DNA of 63,896 nucleotides, filler included, from Octopus bimaculoides (taxonomy: Eukaryota), in assembly GCF_001194135.2 (NCBI RefSeq). It is 6 parts of 6 records of this genome, joined end to end, with 100 filler letters (N's around TTAATTAATTAA, not from the genome) between each part and the next. Parts side by side here need not be neighbours in the genome. Positions count along the whole stretch, not along the records: positions 38,686 to 61,509 come from NC_068981.1; positions 61,610 to 63,896 come from NC_068985.1; 4 more parts are not named here. One strand, written 5' to 3'. Both the position numbers and the translations under genes were made by a program. Shown here piece after piece: positions 50,170-63,896 of the stretch. Position 1 is the first letter of the stretch. Each line of letters opens with the position of its first letter. The notes beneath the pieces were generated by a model, which was given only the letters and a program-made list of their open reading frames with translations, was not told the DNA's origin and searched no databases.

Positions 50170-50639
50170 NNNNNNNNNNNNNNNNNNNNNNNNNNNNNNN
50201 NNNNNNNNNNNNNNNNNNNNNNNNNNTATATATATATATATATAACTATATATACGTGTATGGGTCTGCATGTATGTGTATATATGTATACACACATACT
50301 CGCGCGCACACACACACGTATGTATGTATGTATGTATGTATGTATGTATGTATGTATGTATATGTGCGAACACATGCCAGTGTATAAGTCCAAAACAAGG
50401 TGACGAAAATACCATTCAAATCCTAGAGTAAAATATGTTTTATTAAAGCTGAAAAAACACCATAAGCTGTTACTCAGAGTTTCACGTAACCGGCTATCGG
50501 GGAGCTATGAATTTTTTGGACAATATGACGATTTTTAAATGTCTACAAAGTGGCGTGGTATTTATTTAATAACTCATCAAATAAGCATTTAAAATTAATT
50601 GGATAAGAGGTTATTACTTTTCAAAATAGCAGGTTTTTA

Positions 50640-50819
50640 AGCTCAATTTCTTTTTCAATTTCAAGCTTTTCAAACTCGCTTTTTCATTTCCAAATGGTCT
50701 GAAGGTTCTTCTTTCACTATCTCCAAAGCATCATGTCCGAAAACTCCTTCATCAACGAAGTGATTAAAAACAATTTTCAAAATCTGAAATTTCCTCATAG
50801 TAGGTTTGGCCTCAAGTTT
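50640..50819 (-). mobile_element. Possible Gypsy-type gag N-terminal fragment
   Basis: KLEAKPTMRKFQILKIVFNHFVDEGVF...LEMKKR..EKLEIEK resembles the MRK.EI...HLV.E plus coiled-coil start of some Gypsy gags; short and cut by a gap. Confidence 0.35.
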
Positions 50820-51699
50820 NNNNNNNNNNNNNNNNNNNNNNNNNNNNNNNNNNNNNNNNNNNNNNNNNNNNNNNNNNNNNNNNNNNNNNNNNNNNNNNNN
50901 NNNNNNNNNNNNNNNNNNNNNNNNNNNNNNNNNNNNNNNNNNNNNNNNNNNNNNNNNNNNNNNNNNNNNNNNNNNNNNNNNNNNNNNNNNNNNNNNNNNN
51001 NNNNNNNNNNNNNNNNNNNNNNNNNNNNNNNNNNNNNNNNNNNNNNNNNNNNNNNNNNNNNNNNNNNNNNNTATATATATATATATATATAAATACATGC
51101 ATACATACAGATGTATGTATGTATGTATGTATGTATGTATGCATCCAAATCAGAAACTTCGAAGAATGCCTGCAGTAATTCAATAGTTCAAATTTACGGT
51201 TCGATGTTCACTTGCCCTGAAACAGAATAAAATATTGTTTATTAAGCATATTAGGTAAAACTAATGTAACTAGAGAATTTTAAAATCTAGTATCCAGACA
51301 TTTACCCGGGTGCATAAGTAGTAATGAAACATTTAACAGAAAAACACTGATAATTAGCTATTCTTACCGAAAAAAAACATTACCAAGTTTGTTAACCAGT
51401 TTGATGTGAGTAGACTCGATAAAGTTAATGAATTTGATGAAAGCTCCAAGTGCAATAGTAAACATGCGAATAAATTCCCTCTTTATGGCAATTGTCTGAC
51501 CTAAGGAGTTGTACCTAGGGCTATAGTCTAGATCGATAATAGCTTCACGTGTAAAACTTACACCTGAGATACGAAAAACAATTTTAAGACAAGATTTTAT
51601 CAACACAAAAATTCCTTTAAAAACTGGAAAACGCGTCATAAATGATTTTGTCAGAGCATGATTGGCTATTGAAAGAAACCAGATCTGGCGTTTGAAAGT

Positions 51700-52745
51700 T
51701 CACAGCTTCATCTTGGAAAGAGCGATCCAATACAGGGATGGTTCGATGAGATGAAAGAAGTTTATGCACAATCATACGACGTAGTCAAGCACTGCCATCA
51801 CCAGTTCTCGTGTGGTCGGACATCGGTAGAAACTGCTCCTATTCCTGGACGACCACATTCCGCCATTGATAACGACACCATCCATAAAGTGGAAGCCGGC
51901 ATTTTGGAGGATCGCCGCATAACTATTCGGCAACTAACCCAGTTGATAAGTGTAGGGTCCGTGGAAAAAAATCATTCACGACCATTTGCACATGCAGAAA
52001 CTGTCTGCACAATGGATTCCTCGGATGCTCACCTTTTCAGCAGCAGGAACGAGTCAACTGCTCCCAGGCTCTATTGGAATTATGCCAAGAAAACGAGTAC
52101 TTTCTCGGCAGACTTATCGCACAGGATGAAACATGGGTCCGTCACCATGATCCTGAGACTAAAGTCCAGTCGAAGCAATGAAAGCATAACTCACCGACTC
52201 CAAAGAAGTCTTGTGTCCAACCTTCAGCAGGCAAGATAATGCTCACAGTCTTTTATGACCAGCGTAGAGTAGTGGTGGTGGATTTTCTGGCAAAGGCACC
52301 ACAATTAACGGGGCAATGTTATGATTCTCTGCTGCAGAGAATGCGGGACGCCATTAAAGCTGAGAGGCGTGGCGTTCTGACCACAGAGGCGTGGCGTTCT
52401 GACCAAGACAACACCCCAATTCACAATGTGCATGTTGCCCAGATGAAAGCACACTCCTGCGGCTATGAAATCCCTTCTCATTCCCCTTACTCTCCCAACC
52501 TCGCACCATCTGACTTCTACCTCTTTCCAGCCATGAAGTCTCTTTTGCAGGGTAAGCAATTTTTGGATGATGAAAGAACTTACTTCCGAGGTAAAGTCTT
52601 AGCTCCAGACGCATAAAGCGATAGAACTTTGTCACCATTAGTGGTAGCTATGTAGAGAAGGACTAATAACTATGCCAAGTTTCATTTATCCCAGCCCTCG
52701 TGAAGTGGGTCAGGAGAAATCTTTAATGAACACTCCTCGAAGAAA
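51700..52745 (+). mobile_element. Mariner transposase pseudogene, near full length
   Basis: FDEMKEVY..SYDVVKH..GRTSVETAPIPGRP, EDRRITIRQL, DETWVRHHDPETK (WVPH/DET region), GKIMLTVFYD, QDNTPIH and HSPYSPNLAPSDFYLFP; multiple frameshifts. Confidence 0.92.
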
Positions 52746-52809
52746 TGTATATCTATATATCTACATATACATACATGTATATACATATAGATACATACAC
52801 ATATACCCA

Positions 52810-52869
<60 letters not shown>

Positions 52870-52949
52870 TATATGTATGCATGTATGTATGTATTTGTTT
52901 TGCAAGATTCTTGATGTGAACTCGTGTGTTGAAACAGTCATTGTTGTAT

Positions 52950-54134
52950 TTGGGGGTGGTCATGTTGCTAATTTAGTCAATGAAAACACACGCACTATTT
53001 TTTCGGTGTTCGCTTGCTTCAGCTTTATTTCATATTAATTATATTTCGGCCAGAGTTCTTTCGTCACACTTCTGTGACCACATCAGTGGTCCTTTGCTTT
53101 CTTCTCTCTTTTTGTGTCTCTCCTTCCAAATAATCCGCCATTTTGTGCTCCTGTTGTATGTGCCTTTATTTGCGCATGCGTATATCTGTGTGTGTGTGTC
53201 TATGTTTGGTATGTGTGTGAGGGGGAATGTGTATGGGACCTGCATTATCAGTATCCCCTGTTCATTCACGTTCATTTTATTTATTTGTTTTTATTTACTT
53301 TTTATTTTTTGTATTTATTATATTTTGTTTATGTATTTAATTACTTAATTCCATTTATCATAGTATTAATTTCATATTATTATTAATTTATGGGTATCTT
53401 ATTCTGCCACAAGGTTGTGGTGTGTGTGTTTGTGGGTGGGTGGTGCTAGTGTTTCGTTCTAGTTTTCTATTTAGGCTAGGTTTATCTTCTATTATGTGTG
53501 TAGTTTCCGTAATTTGTCTAAGAGTTGCGTCCGTTCTATGCGTGGACAAGATTTTTACTTCTATGTTGTTGAGTGAGCCCATGTGCTCCCGCTCAGCGTC
53601 TTGGTATGGTACCGTCGAGCTCTTCTCTTCCTTGAGTTCCCTCCAATGCTCATTAATCCGCTCTCCTATGCTACTTGCTGATCCCCATGATAATGATATG
53701 AAACTGATACTATAGATAGATAAATAAATGGAATTAAGTAATTAAATCCATAACAAAATATAATAAATTAATACACACACAAAAAAGAAAGAAGTAGATA
53801 AAAATAAATAAAATAAAATGAACGCGAATAAACAGAGGATACTGATAATGTAGGTACCATACATATTCCTACATATGCACTAACCAAACATAGACACACA
53901 CAGGGATATACGTATACGCAAATAAACACACAACAAGAACACAAAATGGCAGATCGTTAGGAAGAAAAGACACAAAAAAGATAGAGGTAATCAAAGGATA
54001 ACTGATGAGGTCACAGAAGTGTGACGAAAGAACTGTGGCCGAAATATAATTAATATGAAATAAAGCTGAAGCAAGCGAACACTGAGTAAATAGTGCGTGT
54101 GTTTACATTGACTAAATTGGCAACATGACCATCT
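52950..54134 (-). mobile_element. Penelope-like element 3' end: GIY-YIG C-terminal region between two inverted terminal-repeat arms
   Basis: Minus 53690-53420 encodes SIGERINEHWRELKEEKSS..YQ.A.REH...ILSTHRTDATLRQITETTHIIEDKPSLNRKLE; arm 52950-53385 is the reverse complement of 53695-54134 (7 mismatches across 52958-53087 versus 54001-54130). Confidence 0.85.
54002..54057 (+). ncRNA. Hammerhead-like core (CUGAUGA - 8-bp stem II - GAAA) in the Penelope arm
   Basis: CTGATGA-GGTCACAG-16 nt-CTGTGGCC-GAAA; stem III ends in AUG rather than NUH and stem I is not evident; the mirror copy at about 53030-53087 (-) has a mutated core (CTGATGT). Confidence 0.4.
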
Positions 54135-54505
54135 NNNNNNNNNNNNNNNNNNNNNNNNNNNNNNNNNNNNNNNNNNNNNNNNNNNNNNNNNNNNNNNNNN
54201 NNNNNNNNNNNNNNNNNNNNNNNNNNNNNNNNNNNNNNNNNNNNNNNNNNNNNNNNNNNNNNNNNNNNNNNNNNNNNNNNNNNNNNNNNNNNNNNNNNNN
54301 NNNNNNNNNNNNNNNNNNNNNNNNNNNNNNNNNNNNNNNNNNNNNNNNNNNNNNNNNNNNNNNNNNNNNNNNNNNNNNNNNNNNNNNNNNNNNNNNNNNN
54401 NNNNNNNNNNNNNNNNNNNNNNNNNNNNNNNNNNNNNNNNNNNNNNNNNNNNNNNNNNNTAGTTAGTCAGTTTATGGACTTTTCCACCCACTCACGAGTG
54501 TGTGT

Positions 54506-54552
<47 letters not shown>

Positions 54553-55149
54553 ACACACATGTTCCAAGAATTTTAAAAAATCGCAAAGACGAGGTGAAAG
54601 AACAACAAAGTTATTCGTTTAACACTCAGAAAAATTGGAAGTGTTTAAAGTTTTGAGGAAAGAAAAAAGACAGATAAAAAGAAGAAAAAACGTGTCTGAC
54701 TTAAATGGTCAATGCATGTTGAAATGACTGGAAGAAGAAGAAGTTGGCTTGAAGCATGTGGATGGCAAGTGAGTCAACAGTGACCAGGGCATATGTGTGT
54801 GTACACGCAAGCTCGTATGTGTGTATGGTCATTTCAGCCATGTAACCACATATGTGCTGGACTTGTTTCCTTCTCCAGACCTTTCTGTTCTCTTTCAGAC
54901 GAAGTGCTATGCTCGAAACGTAATACACTAGATCTTTTCTCCACCTTCACAAAAAGTCAAGCTAATACTTTCCATATGAACGTCCTGTTAACTTTTGCTG
55001 TTTTCTTATTTGTGATTTTTAATTTTTAATTTTCTATTATATATATATATAATCATACATTCATTCATATACACATATATCACATATATATATATGTGTA
55101 TATCATTTACTTAAAATACTAAAGTCTAAATAACTTAAATCTAAAATAC

Positions 55150-55700
55150 ATTATATATCATATGCAAAATGAAGCTAAATTAAAATAATTCAATGTATTT
55201 ACATTAATTAATTAATTTATTTATTTTATAAACATCTTAATTTAATGTTATTCTAAATATGTAATATATCCTTCATAATTTCGTGCTAATTTATACACAT
55301 TCTACTACTACAAATCATAACTAGAAAAATTAGTAACATACACTAGAATTCATATAAATATACAACTCAACTAAACTTATTATTTAAGTAATTTAACTTA
55401 TGTCTGCATTTAATTTTTTGTTCATCTAGGGAATTATTCAATTTTTATTATCAGTTAATAATATCTCCTTAAATTCATTAGTACATAATAAACAAGAAGC
55501 ACTACCTATTCGATAAGATTTAGCCGTACAAACTATCTCCCAATTTAAATTGTACATAATATTCTTAGATTTTAGCTCTCATATATATTTACTAAGGCCA
55601 GTAGAATTAATTAAATTTCTTTTCTTCTATTCTTAAAAGAATTCATATGTTGAGCCACACAAGCATAGATACATTATATTCTGGTAAGACACGAAATTTT
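55150..55700 (-). mobile_element. Penelope-like element C-terminal remnant (second family)
   Basis: HMNSFKNRRKE..NSTGLSKYI*ELKSKNIMYNLNWEIVCTAKSYRIGSASCLLCTNE...KCRHK, matching the LSKYIW.LK..WEI..C.LC..E..CRH end of Penelope ORFs. Confidence 0.75.
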
Positions 55701-56699
55701 CACACAACTCTTAATTCTCTGTTGTATCCTCACAGAGGATGCTAAGAGCAGGAGGGCGCGGTTAAGTATTGGCAAGAATGTTGAAATTAACGAAAATTTC
55801 CTGAAAAATATTTGTAGGAGAACAAATAGATTTAATGAAGAGAATTTGTATGCTGTAAACAAGAAGAATGTTTAGTGAAAGGAGACAGAAAAGTAACGAC
55901 GGGTGCGGCCGGACACTAAAATGTCAGACCATATTTGTAATTAGCTAGTTAGAAAATCTCTTTAAGAGATGAAAACCCTGCTTGCAATACATATCGGGTG
56001 CAGATTGCATAGAATAAACAACTGGAGGAGATTCCTCCTGGGGTTAAAATGGTAGTAATGTCGTTTTCTACGGAACAGCCATGTTGAAGTGGCGATAAAC
56101 ATTACTTTTCAGATTTAAAGTATATTAGAGGTGTAAAAAAAAAAAAGAAAAAGAAAAGAAAGAAAGAAAAACTCCTATACATTTATACGGATCGGGATTT
56201 GAATATACAAAATTGCAAAATAAGGAATTTGTGGCCATATTCCGAAATTGTTGGTCATATTTCATTATTTCATTAAATGCAGGACTCTGCAGAGCGTCTT
56301 CTCACCCCTCCCACTTTCTCTCTCTCTAGTTTGATGAAGGTTGATTGTGTTGTGTTGTATGTGGTTAGTCATGACAGGCTGTAGAGAGAGACGGTGGCGG
56401 TTTGGCTGAAATTGGATTAGGATGTGCGAGAGATGAAGACTGCGTGGGGTGTTTGAGTGCTCGACAGGAACGCCTGTGGGGGGAGATGAAATGAGTTCAT
56501 ATAGGATATTGAGAATTGGGAAAGATTCCTTTACTACACCGATGACCTCAGCACAGGATGAGTGTGTTTGACGTCTCTGAAGGCGTGGGAACCTCTATGT
56601 AGTCACTTAACTTGCTAGAAATAGCAGTAAAATCTCCCTCAATAAACACTCAAAAGACAGGCACATTGAATAATGTTATTCCGAGTTCCCAGCAGACAG

Positions 56700-57125
56700 G
56701 GAAAAGACGCGATAATCATAGCTGGAATACCTTTGAATATAGACCTGCTTGATTAGAATTGGCAATAACTTCGAAGAGAAGTGAAAGGAGACATGTCCTT
56801 GATGCAAGAAGAGATAAGCGGGGAGTAGGGAGACTTTGAACCAAAATAACTGGAAATATGTTGTTGATATCCAGGTGAGAGAGGTGAGTGGTGGTGAGAG
56901 AACCATCTACGTATACGAAGACACCGTCTTTAGAGTACAGCTTAGCCAGCGGCGATGTACTCTGGTTAAAGGTTGAATGATTTGCATCTCGAAGGGGAAC
57001 AAGATGCGTGCCAGTAAGAGGTGATGTGTGGAATCTAAGTTGGATCAGAGTTCCACAGATGTTAGAGACGAGAAGGGAGAATTGTTCGGTAGATTTAGCT
57101 TTAATATTTGGCATCTAAGGAAATC
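56700..57125 (-). mobile_element. CR1/Jockey-like LINE endonuclease N-terminal fragment
   Basis: FSLLVSNICG...KDGVFVYVDGSLTTTHLSHLD...FPVI..SLPTP resembles the N-terminus of APE domains (xNIxGL...GVxVYV). Confidence 0.55.
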
Positions 57126-57537
57126 TAAGGTTGCCAGTGCACCGTGAAGTCACGATAACTACCTGCTAGAAAAGCAGGTCTGAATATCTACACCAGTGTG
57201 AGCTGTACTAAAGTCACCCATTAGCCTATGTACTGCTGATGCTAAACCGAGACATATGATGTACCTCCCACCACTACACACACAAAACCAGTCTCACGAC
57301 TCTTTCACGCTGACAGTAGTAGTATACAGATCTGCTTACTCGCTCGTATACACAACATAGTATCGGTGATGAATTAAGAACAATCATCTCTTCGGATAGT
57401 ATTTCTGTAACATCCTGACAGATTTGGCCAGCATCCTTAGTCATTATGCTTCTTTGCTGAAGTTTGACCAATACATCGTAATGATAAATATTTATTAGTA
57501 ACTAACAACAACTTTGTAACATAAAGAAGGGGAGAGT

Positions 57538-57597
<60 letters not shown>

Positions 57598-57724
57598 TTG
57601 ATACTTTCTACCATTGCTGACTCATCTTTTTCTCATATTTATTAAGATTTCAAACACACCCAACTCTAGAAGTCACTAACTTATCCCTTATTCGTTCTTA
57701 TTTTTCTTTATCTTCTGGGTTTTG

Positions 57725-57784
<60 letters not shown>

Positions 57785-58149
57785 AATCTTATCAACATAT
57801 CTTCTCCATGAGTGTCTTTTCTATTCGTCTAAATTTTAATGATTAATTAAAATAAAAAAACAACAACAAAAAAAGCAAACATTTTTGTCTCGCCGATAAA
57901 AAGAAATACTATAACACTATTAACAACGTTAGTTACAACAGAGGATGGCCTTTGCGTAGTCGCCCGATCTTCTAGAAATAGCAGCCAAATCATCGTCAGT
58001 TAGTACCTTGCTATTTTAAATAAGGAATGCGTTAGACAACGCAGTCCTAAATACCCATAGAAAGAAGAAGTGGTCTGAGCTAGAATATCTTTGATCATGG
58101 GTATCAGTCAGAGTTGACCTGGGACTAAACAATAGTAACAACAATAACA

Positions 58150-58330
58150 AAAACTTATAGCACAGGCACCAGACCAAAAATTTGTGTAGAGGATGAACAC
58201 AATCAATTCTACGAACCTCAGCATCTGCTGGTATTTTATTATAACGATCTCCAGAAAGAGGAAAAGCAGAGTCGACCTCAGCAGGGTTTGAACTCAGAAC
58301 GTATAAGACCAGAAGAAAATCCGTAAGATA
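58150..58330 (-). mobile_element. SINE family A copy (diverged)
   Basis: AAAGCAGAGTCGACCTCAGCAGGGTTTGAACTCAGAACG. Confidence 0.65.
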
Positions 58331-59886
58331 TTCTTTCTGAATGATAATTTACTACATTGGCATAGAGGTGTAGAAGGGCAAGGATCCTTTGGTACTCGGC
58401 CCTAGAATGACGAAAGGCAAAGATGGAATCCGGCAGGAACAGAAATCAGAACAATCAGAAAATCTATTATGAGTGTGGTCTTTGTGCATAACTAAAATGT
58501 GTGCCACCCGGAGCAGCTCTTGAGTTTGCCGCCCCTGCCTCCTATACAGATTTCTACAACAGACACAAAAGTGAAACCCGGGGCGTATCGCCCCCGTCGA
58601 CCCCCATCGCTTGCGCTACTGTGTTGCCTGTTTCAGTATGTGGCTGAGATTGCGATCTGGTTTCGTTTCATGGCAATGGCATGTTTACTTCATTTAATTT
58701 TACCGGTAAGGCTGATTAATATCTTTGGTGGTTGTGGGGGAAGCATGAACATAACCAGGCTTCATAGATACACTCCGAGAGCTGTATAAGAAATAAGTTT
58801 TTCAAAAACTGCATAAAATGTAATTTCTTAGTTAGCATGTGCGGTAATTGGCTTCAGTTCCATCATTAATATTAAACAATGAACAATGTCATCTCAACAG
58901 AGTTGCTATTGATGCTGTAGGAACGGAAAGTTAGGAGGCCCGTGGGTCGATGAAACCTTTGAGTTGAGGGCATATGAGAATATTCTGATAGGAATGAGGG
59001 CCTATCGTTTCAGTACAGCTTTCGAGTCTATGACCACCTAAAGATCGTCCTGGGCACGATCAAGAGAATATAACAAAAAGCATCTTTTTTCTAAAAACGT
59101 ATTGAGCTTCAATGATCATTTTGCTGACCCAAATGTAATATTTAATTTTAATTCAGAGGTCTGGGGCTAAAAACAGCGTTGGTTAGGATTGCACTCAAGA
59201 ACTTAATATGGCCAATTCTACATGATTTGAACACCTGATTTGTGTGTCAAAGGCTCTCACCAAACCCATTCAACCTTAGTAGTTCGCATCACTTATTTGA
59301 TATCTGCTTCGTGTAGCTAGGTATTATAATCAGGTTTTATAAATTCAGGGAAATGGAAAACAGATGTGATATATATGCCTTACCCGTAGATATTTCCGTA
59401 GTAAACAGTGGAATACATTTATAGCACCAGCTGAGAATTTAAAACAATATAGAGGACATGACTGATCGAAAGCATACACTCGACTTTTAAATCTACTCAC
59501 TCAGGATTGGCCCGGAAATAAACCAGAACTACTTATCCATGGCATCATCAGCAATAGTATATATATGTTTATTCGCAATAGGATCAAGGATATATACAAT
59601 GATATATACACATACACCGGTATTATGTGGATAAATACACACAAGCACATACAGATCTATATCTTGAGACCAGATTAGGTTTGATGTTACAAGCATTTTC
59701 AGGATTGCCTGATCACTAAATTTTACAAGTTTGCGATTGAGAATATGAATGTAAAACGTCAATATGTTAGTCACATGAAACATGTTTGATAAGAGAATAA
59801 CTTAGTCTAGTTAAACATACATACATGTATGTATGTATGTATGTATGTATGTATGTATGTATGTATGTATACACGCACATACACAC

Positions 59887-59933
<47 letters not shown>

Positions 59934-60299
59934 AATATGGTACCTATATATATGAATATGGTACTTAAGCTGAGGCATCAGAATTTAGTACGGTATTATC
60001 CATGCAATTTCAAAGTAAGGTGATTAAAATCAAAATAAGCAACAAGGATATCCAGACGTAATGCAGTACGATCGTTTCATGCAACTCCATTTAACTAAAC
60101 AATGCAATCATTACATCAATTTAAATGCAGAGCAATCCTCAGCTGCACAAAGACATAGAATTTGATTAAATTAAAACAGATGGACACACTAGTATAATTA
60201 TACCTAAAATCTCCAAGAAGTTAAGGAGATAGACAAAGAACATGTTGCCTTCACTCCAGCATAGCAGCTACTAAGGTATCAAGAAGATATACATTGTTA

Positions 60300-61280
60300 C
60301 AGACACTGCCTGTCACTGATTTATGCTTTTTTGGGGGTCAGTTTTAATTTATAGACTAGTTTATCAAATCCTTGTATAACTAAGGCTGAGAGAACAAAGG
60401 GGCAGTATCTGTTAGGGATAGGGCTGAGGGAGCAGACAGAAATCATAGTTGGTATAGTCATATTTGAAGCAATATCATGGGATTTGGTAAAGGAAAACAT
60501 AAAACAAGATGTTAGCTGACGATTAAAGGGGCTGGCCACTAGCAGACCATTGATAATGAAACAGGGGAAGTTTTATCATGTAGTACTATAGTTAAAATAT
60601 TTTAAACACTGTTGCTATATTGTATACAGTTAACGTTTAGGGTTATTCAGAGGATTATTAAGAAGAATATTATAACAAAGGAATAGAAATTTATGAATAC
60701 TTTTGAGTATATTCCCAACTTTTACCATAATAGAGGGAGGAAAAGAAATTATCCAGAAATAGTTTAATATTTATACATATTATACACTTAAATACTAACC
60801 CATCAGATGGTATCTGTGAATATTGATTTATTGGTATATACTGGTATTAATAAAGGAGTATTGAGGTAAAAGAACATGCTAATTATATATTAATAAAATT
60901 ATAATCTAAGTTTTTTATAAGTAGTGAATATACCAGTATAGTTTTATATATGTGCTAAGTATGAATTTATAGAGGTTCAAAAATTAGATTAATTTTATAA
61001 ATAAATAAGGGCTAATTATAGAATAATAAAGAAATAAAATATTCAAGTAGGGCAGAAAATCATAGAAAAGTAATAAAATAATCTAATCACTAAAATCATG
61101 GTAAAGTATATGCGGCTTATTAACAGCAATAAAGAAGATTTATAGAAAATGTATAATAATTTAAAAAATATTAGACTAAAAATTATATATTTACTTATTT
61201 GGCTAACATCAATAAAAGACTGATACCTGGTATCAGCTAAAGGAATATTTAATTTATGGGACATTCATATTTTACACTAA
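60300..61280 (-). mobile_element. Highly decayed, AT-rich Penelope-like RT/linker remnant
   Basis: Scattered motif echoes on the minus strand (K.NFLNL, INIHRYH, FPPS..VKVG, NYSTT, NRYCP...LVYK); no continuous frame. Confidence 0.4.
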
Positions 61281-62098
61281 TTTTTTAAAACTAAGGGTTA
61301 TATAATAGGTTTAAGAAGTTATTGTTACTCCCTACATGATATTTATAGTTTCTTAGTGGTACTTGTTTAGAAGGGTTATTTATATAAAGGCTCTTATAAA
61401 TACTAAGATCATATATATATTTATATATATACGTATGTATATATATATATGTATAAATACACACACACACACACACACACACATATGTATATATATATAT
61501 ATATATATANNNNNNNNNNNNNNNNNNNNNNNNNNNNNNNNNNNNNNNNNNNNTTAATTAATTAANNNNNNNNNNNNNNNNNNNNNNNNNNNNNNNNNNN
61601 NNNNNNNNNAATATATTATATTTATATGTTACACAGACTATATATGTGTGTATTTTAATTTATATATGTTATAGACTATATATATATATATATATATATA
61701 TGACAAATGGATAGATCATAGATCAATACATATTTACATATACCTCTGTCTAAAACATATAAATATCATTATATATGTATTATAATGAGAGATGGCTAGA
61801 TCATAGATGAATAGATATTTACACATATATCTCTCTATAAACATAAATATCACATATATGTGTGTGTCTGTATATGTATATACTTATAGATTACAAGTAT
61901 TATACACACATCCTCACTGAAGTACATTCACACACACACACACTTATTCTTGTGTATAGCTACATGAATGAGCATTATATTACAGGATGAAATGAGTGAT
62001 TCAGAGAAACAAATCTTCAAATTTAAATATCTATAGACAGAAAGATTAATAGGCATAAAATGTATTTGCATAAAATATACATTTACACATCTTTTTGA

Positions 62099-62152
<54 letters not shown>

Positions 62153-62190
62153 NNNNNNNNNNNNNNNNNNNNNNNNNNNNNNNNNNNNNN

Positions 62191-62224
<34 letters not shown>

Positions 62225-62836
62225 TGTATGGTATGTATGTATCCATGTATATATGATTGTTTATCATTTTCTACAGTAATATAAGAAATAGATAAAATCA
62301 TGAAAATGCCATAAGCAAGAACATTAAAAATCATGCATTTATCCACACATGTATGTATATGTATATTGTACTTCATATAGATAAACAGGTATATTCTCAT
62401 GTTTGCATATGTTTGTGTATGTCATTGCATGTGTGTGAATATATGTGTTTATATATCATAAACACACTAATGGTTTTGTATGTATGTTGAAGGGCACAGA
62501 AGCAGATAAATATATGACCACATACATATATTCTGTATAGATACACAACTTATGCAAACTGCATTCACCACAAATTTTATATAATAGAAAATTCATTTGA
62601 TAAAGCCGAAACTTTGAAAAGAGACAAAAAAGAACAGATATTTCTATTCATACAAAATAATTTAGCTAATTACATATCCTATGAAAAAATCAACTGTTTC
62701 AGATATAAGCTTATTTATTTGATGTGTGCAACTACGAAATATATAAAAACAATGTGAATAAGGAAATTCATCTAAATATTAGAAATTTTTACAATTAATT
62801 ATTTACACACAACACACACATATATGTATATATAAA

Positions 62837-62915
<79 letters not shown>

Positions 62916-63629
62916 GCATGTATATATATATATGTATGCACACATATTTGCGTTTGTGTGTGTGTGTATATATATATAGATATATGTATACACGTGTGTA
63001 GGTCTGTATATATGTGTGTGTGTGTGTGTGTGAGTGTCTATGTAAGCAAACATGGATGCAATAACTTACATGCATGCACATAAATAATTTCCATTAAATC
63101 TTGTAGAGGAAGGATGTGGCGGAAGTAAAAATATACAAAAGTTGATCGAGTTGATCGCCTCCAGCAGCTGAGTAAGTGTATATATATATATATATGTGTG
63201 TGTGTGTGCGTGTGTGTGTGTATATATATATATATATGTATGTACATACGTGCATATGTGTGTACAGTATATATATTATATAACATGCATTGTACACACA
63301 TATATGCATTTATATAATGTACAGTATTAATTACACACGCGCGTGTGTACATACATATATACGTACACATATACACATAAATATAAAGCTATCTTCATAC
63401 GTACATACATACACATACGTACGTACGTACATACATGTTCGCATGCATAACCAGTAAAAGAAGTCTCAAGAATGGGATGAAAAAGGAAAGTAACATGAAA
63501 ACGAAATAATGTGCTTAATCCGTCCGCATTCAGTATCACACACATGCACAGAAAACTATAGTTTATGCTTGCACCATGCACTAATAAATGAATGCATGTA
63601 TAATAATCACAAACATATATACATGTGTA

Positions 63630-63676
<47 letters not shown>

Positions 63677-63819
63677 ATATACATACACGTGTGTGTGTGT
63701 GTGTGTGTAAATGTGCAGTTGTATGTATACGCCATAGATATGAAGTGTTAGAATTTGCGATACATTGGTAACCAATTGTTAGAGATTATTCAAACCTTTC
63801 TCAAAGGCAAAACATAGTG

Positions 63820-63896
63820 AAATGCATGCGCAGATTTCAATCCCGTGGGAATCGAAACCGTGACACAGAGTTGACATATGGCACCGCCCCTTACAC
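63820..63896 (-). mobile_element. Possible tRNA-derived SINE head cut by the window end
   Basis: Minus strand contains the B-box-like GGTTTCGATTCCC. Confidence 0.35.

Noticed and set aside
51364-51639. 91-aa minus-strand ORF ending near a GTAAG donor-like site
   Set aside because: No recognisable domain and no convincing acceptor.
55020-55700. Extremely AT-rich stretches here and at 60560-61400 first looked like mitochondrial insertions
   Set aside because: No mitochondrial gene motif found; translations instead match or echo Penelope-like ORFs.

Overview
AT-rich, repeat-saturated eukaryotic (metazoan) scaffold segment with many N-gaps. The repeat families look like those of an octopod cephalopod, which is inference from pattern recognition, not a database result. 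Almost every ORF in the supplied track is a microsatellite or gap artefact. The only host-gene coding signal I can support is one 107-bp exon (46598-46704, +) with canonical splice sites, encoding LLVGAP...YQC...GC, the first beta-propeller repeat of an integrin alpha chain. Its partner exons are not securely identifiable, so most of the window is probably intron or flank. The rest is a mobile-element graveyard: several tRNA-derived SINE families, often in head-to-tail clusters; three R4/Dong-like RLE retrotransposons tied to (TAA)n arrays; RTE, Tx1-like and CR1/Jockey-like LINE fragments; mariner and pogo remnants; several MITEs, one with 28-bp GG-terminal TIRs and an exact 8-bp TSD (Merlin-like); and several Penelope-like remnants carrying hammerhead-ribozyme-like motifs, some with an unusual CCGAnGA core. 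I found no convincing novel multi-gene system. The best leads are the hammerhead variants, the Penelope inverted-arm structure, an internally inverted mariner and the lone integrin exon. Five TTAATTAATTAA islands inside N-runs are assembly linkers.
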